Source of the DNA: Eledone cirrhosa
Lineage: Eukaryota
Direction of reading: 5' to 3'
NCBI GenBank assembly: GCA_964016885.1
Contig: OZ024747.1
Location: 57,970,001 to 58,034,000, forward strand
DNA: 64,000 nucleotides
The position numbers were made by a program, and so were the translations under genes. Shown in pieces: positions 61,449 to 64,000 of this stretch (within the stretch, counting starts at the first letter, position 1; each line of letters begins with the position of its first letter). Below the pieces are notes generated by a model. It was not told the DNA's origin. It worked only from the letters and a program-made list of their open reading frames with translations, and made no database searches.

Positions 61449-61499
61449 GGCTTCTACCGGAGTAGAACTGTTTCATTCGGGAGAAATCATCAAGAAGCC
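61449..61499 (-). ncRNA. Type I hammerhead fold (family F)
   Basis: Minus strand: ggcttc TTGATGA t-ttc-tccc-gaa-t GAAA cagttctactccgg TA gaagcc. Confidence 0.65.
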
Positions 61500-61811
61500 G
61501 ACTGTCTACGTAATATGGTAGTATTTATATCTTTTCTGGTATATGAATATATAAATAAATATATATGTATGTATGTGTGTGTGTGAAAATGACTGTGCTC
61601 ACGCATAGACACAACCGCTTTATGTAATTATTTACAATGGTTGTTTACCACATTATGTCTATATGCAAAACGATCGACATTGAATCTAATTTGTATGTAT
61701 TCAAAGCAAATAAGCCAGACATCAGTCGGACGAGACACTAGTCAAAATGAAGTACATATGCATATAATATGATTGTTAGAATCACTGTTCATTTATGTAT
61801 ATGGACATGCA

Positions 61812-61901
<90 letters not shown>

Positions 61902-61947
61902 GAGAGAAAGCAAGACATACACACAAATACACATACACAGACATATT

Positions 61948-62066
<119 letters not shown>

Positions 62067-63790
62067 ATACGCACAATAATAACGATAATTCAATAAAAAG
62101 GAATATTGCAAATTGAGTAAACGGGGGCTATAAATCACCATGAAATGAGTTACATTAAATATCTATAAATTTGACAACATCACTAAGGTTACTTAGCATA
62201 TTGAGAGATCGAGTGAAAAATTTTAATATTATGGACAAACTAAATTCATTTACAAAGCAATTCTAAGCTTAGCATTAATGTCTCTCGATAGAATATGTTG
62301 CTTATGGTAATTCCTGACTTAATGCAATGTTACACTACAATTTTATTTTCTTCCTTCCAGTAAGTATCTGCAGGGTATTTGCATTGGAATATAGCTGCAT
62401 AATTCCATATCGTTTGTACAGAGGCTCTAGAAAATAATTGCACTGGCTTACGCACACATGGTTTTATACCGGCGCGAGAAATATTATCACGCCATCCAAG
62501 ACAGTTATGGCATTATTGAAAATCGTAAAGAAAGAACCTTAACTTTGGTGTTTCACTTTGTTACTTCATCCACCCTGTCTTCGTTAATCCATTAAACAAT
62601 TTATTTACTGAATTCACAATATGGTGAATTTGCAGTGATATGGCAAAATGGGGAAGTGTATCGGATAGAATGTATGTTGTTCTGAGTTCTCACTCTCTGC
62701 TCTTCTGTTTTATGTCCTTTTGATTTTTATGAATTAAGGGTCGATGAAATGGTGTCATAGTGTTATCTTTTTTCGACAGATTGTTGCCTGTGTTTCTAAA
62801 CCTCCTAGAGATCCAAATCCCTACGATGGCCCAAACTACTGTTCTTGAGCACTGGATCAGATTTTTTATAATGTTTGCGATAAATGATCGTCCGATACAG
62901 CAGTCGAACGATGACAAGGATAATAATGATAACGACGATAATTATCGATAATTAGAGAAAAAAGGAGAGGGTAAACAGTTGGATAGCGTATTGTAGCATT
63001 GTCCCACGAATAACACGATAAAAGTGTTGCTGTCAATAAGAATTTTTCAGTCTCCGGCCACAGGCTCATTAAAACAACGATAAAATAATCTCATTATAAT
63101 GAAATTCATTAAAACGAACGAAAATTGAACGCAAAGCAGCCAAAATTCCTCGCTCCAACGAAGAAAATTTTTTTTCCACACGCTCCTTCTTGCAACGATG
63201 TGTGCTAGTGTGTATTTTGTGTGAGTGTTGTGTATTTATTTTTATATATTCATACATATAAATGTATACATAGTCATATACACGTACACACACAATTGAA
63301 ATGAATTATCGAAATTAAGAATTTTACAGAAAGTTGCGACAAGTCTTAAAGGCAGCAGTCACAACATGTATTATATAACACTGTGTGTTCTCAAACACTA
63401 TTTATTAGTTTCCCGGATCCCGGGTAGAGTTGTCTCCCTTCAGGGTTGGGTTTATCGACTACGAAACTTATTCGAAAATTATTTAAAGGAGCATTTCTGA
63501 AAGGCATACTCACATACATCAATAGATACATGTATATATATATATATATATATAACAAAAAAGGGTGTGGTAAGAAGATACCAGGTGGTCCATGACACAT
63601 CAGGGTGCTCGGTTCTTGGGGTAGAGGAAAAGATTCAGGATTCCGACGGCTGAGCTCCGACCGTATCGACAGCTTGATCCGACCTCTCCCAGGAGTCAGT
63701 TCGGATCTAGCCGTCGGAGTCCTGAATCTTTTCATATCTATATCTATATCTTTCTATCTATCTGTCTATATATATATATTATATATATAT

Positions 63791-63873
63791 ATTATGAATT
63801 TCCATGATATCCTTCAAAAACTTATATATATATATATATAAGTTTTTGAAAGATATCATGGAAATTCATAATA
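63791..63873. repeat. Near-perfect hairpin centred on (TA)n
   Basis: attatgaatttccatgatatccttcaaaaactt-(at)n-aagtttttgaaagatatcatggaaattcataat. Confidence 0.9.
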
Positions 63874-63919
63874 TGACAGAAAACAAACGAAGGTAACATA
63901 TTTGAACATATTTGAAATA

Positions 63920-64000
63920 CAGTTGTCCCCCGTTATTCGCGGGGTATACGATCCTAGAACACCCGCGAAGATGGAAAAATCGAGAATATCGGACATCTAT
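63920..64000 (+). mobile_element. Tigger/pogo-like DNA transposon left end (truncated by the window)
   Basis: TA followed by CAGTTGTCCCCCGTTATTCGCGGGG...CCCGCG, resembling Tigger-type TIRs. Confidence 0.55.

Noticed and set aside
63400-63445. Minus-strand CTGAAGG...GAAA
   Set aside because: A9 is mutated and there is no stem I pairing.

Overview
AT-rich, microsatellite-saturated eukaryotic non-coding DNA. The repeat content is typical of an octopod cephalopod, which is an inference. No intact host gene is recognisable, and almost all ORF-track entries are translations of (TA)n/(CA)n. The window holds a decayed L1/Tx1-clade LINE (1-3060) plus a second 3' fragment, a decayed Penelope-like element with RT and GIY-YIG (44455-47660), two tRNA-derived SINE families, a Tigger-like end and a probable Mab-21/cGAS-like pseudogene. 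The main discovery came from manual folding: about 17 hammerhead-ribozyme (HHR) folds from about 10 unrelated short repeat families, nearly all embedded in (TA)n as fold-back or partial-tandem units (Penelope pLTR / non-LTR retrozyme-like). Several families carry a compensatory U3:A8 core (TTGAAAA/TTGATAA instead of CTGANGA), a U10.1-U11.1 stem II closure, or U4A. The fold-back points repeatedly fall inside the ribozyme hairpins.
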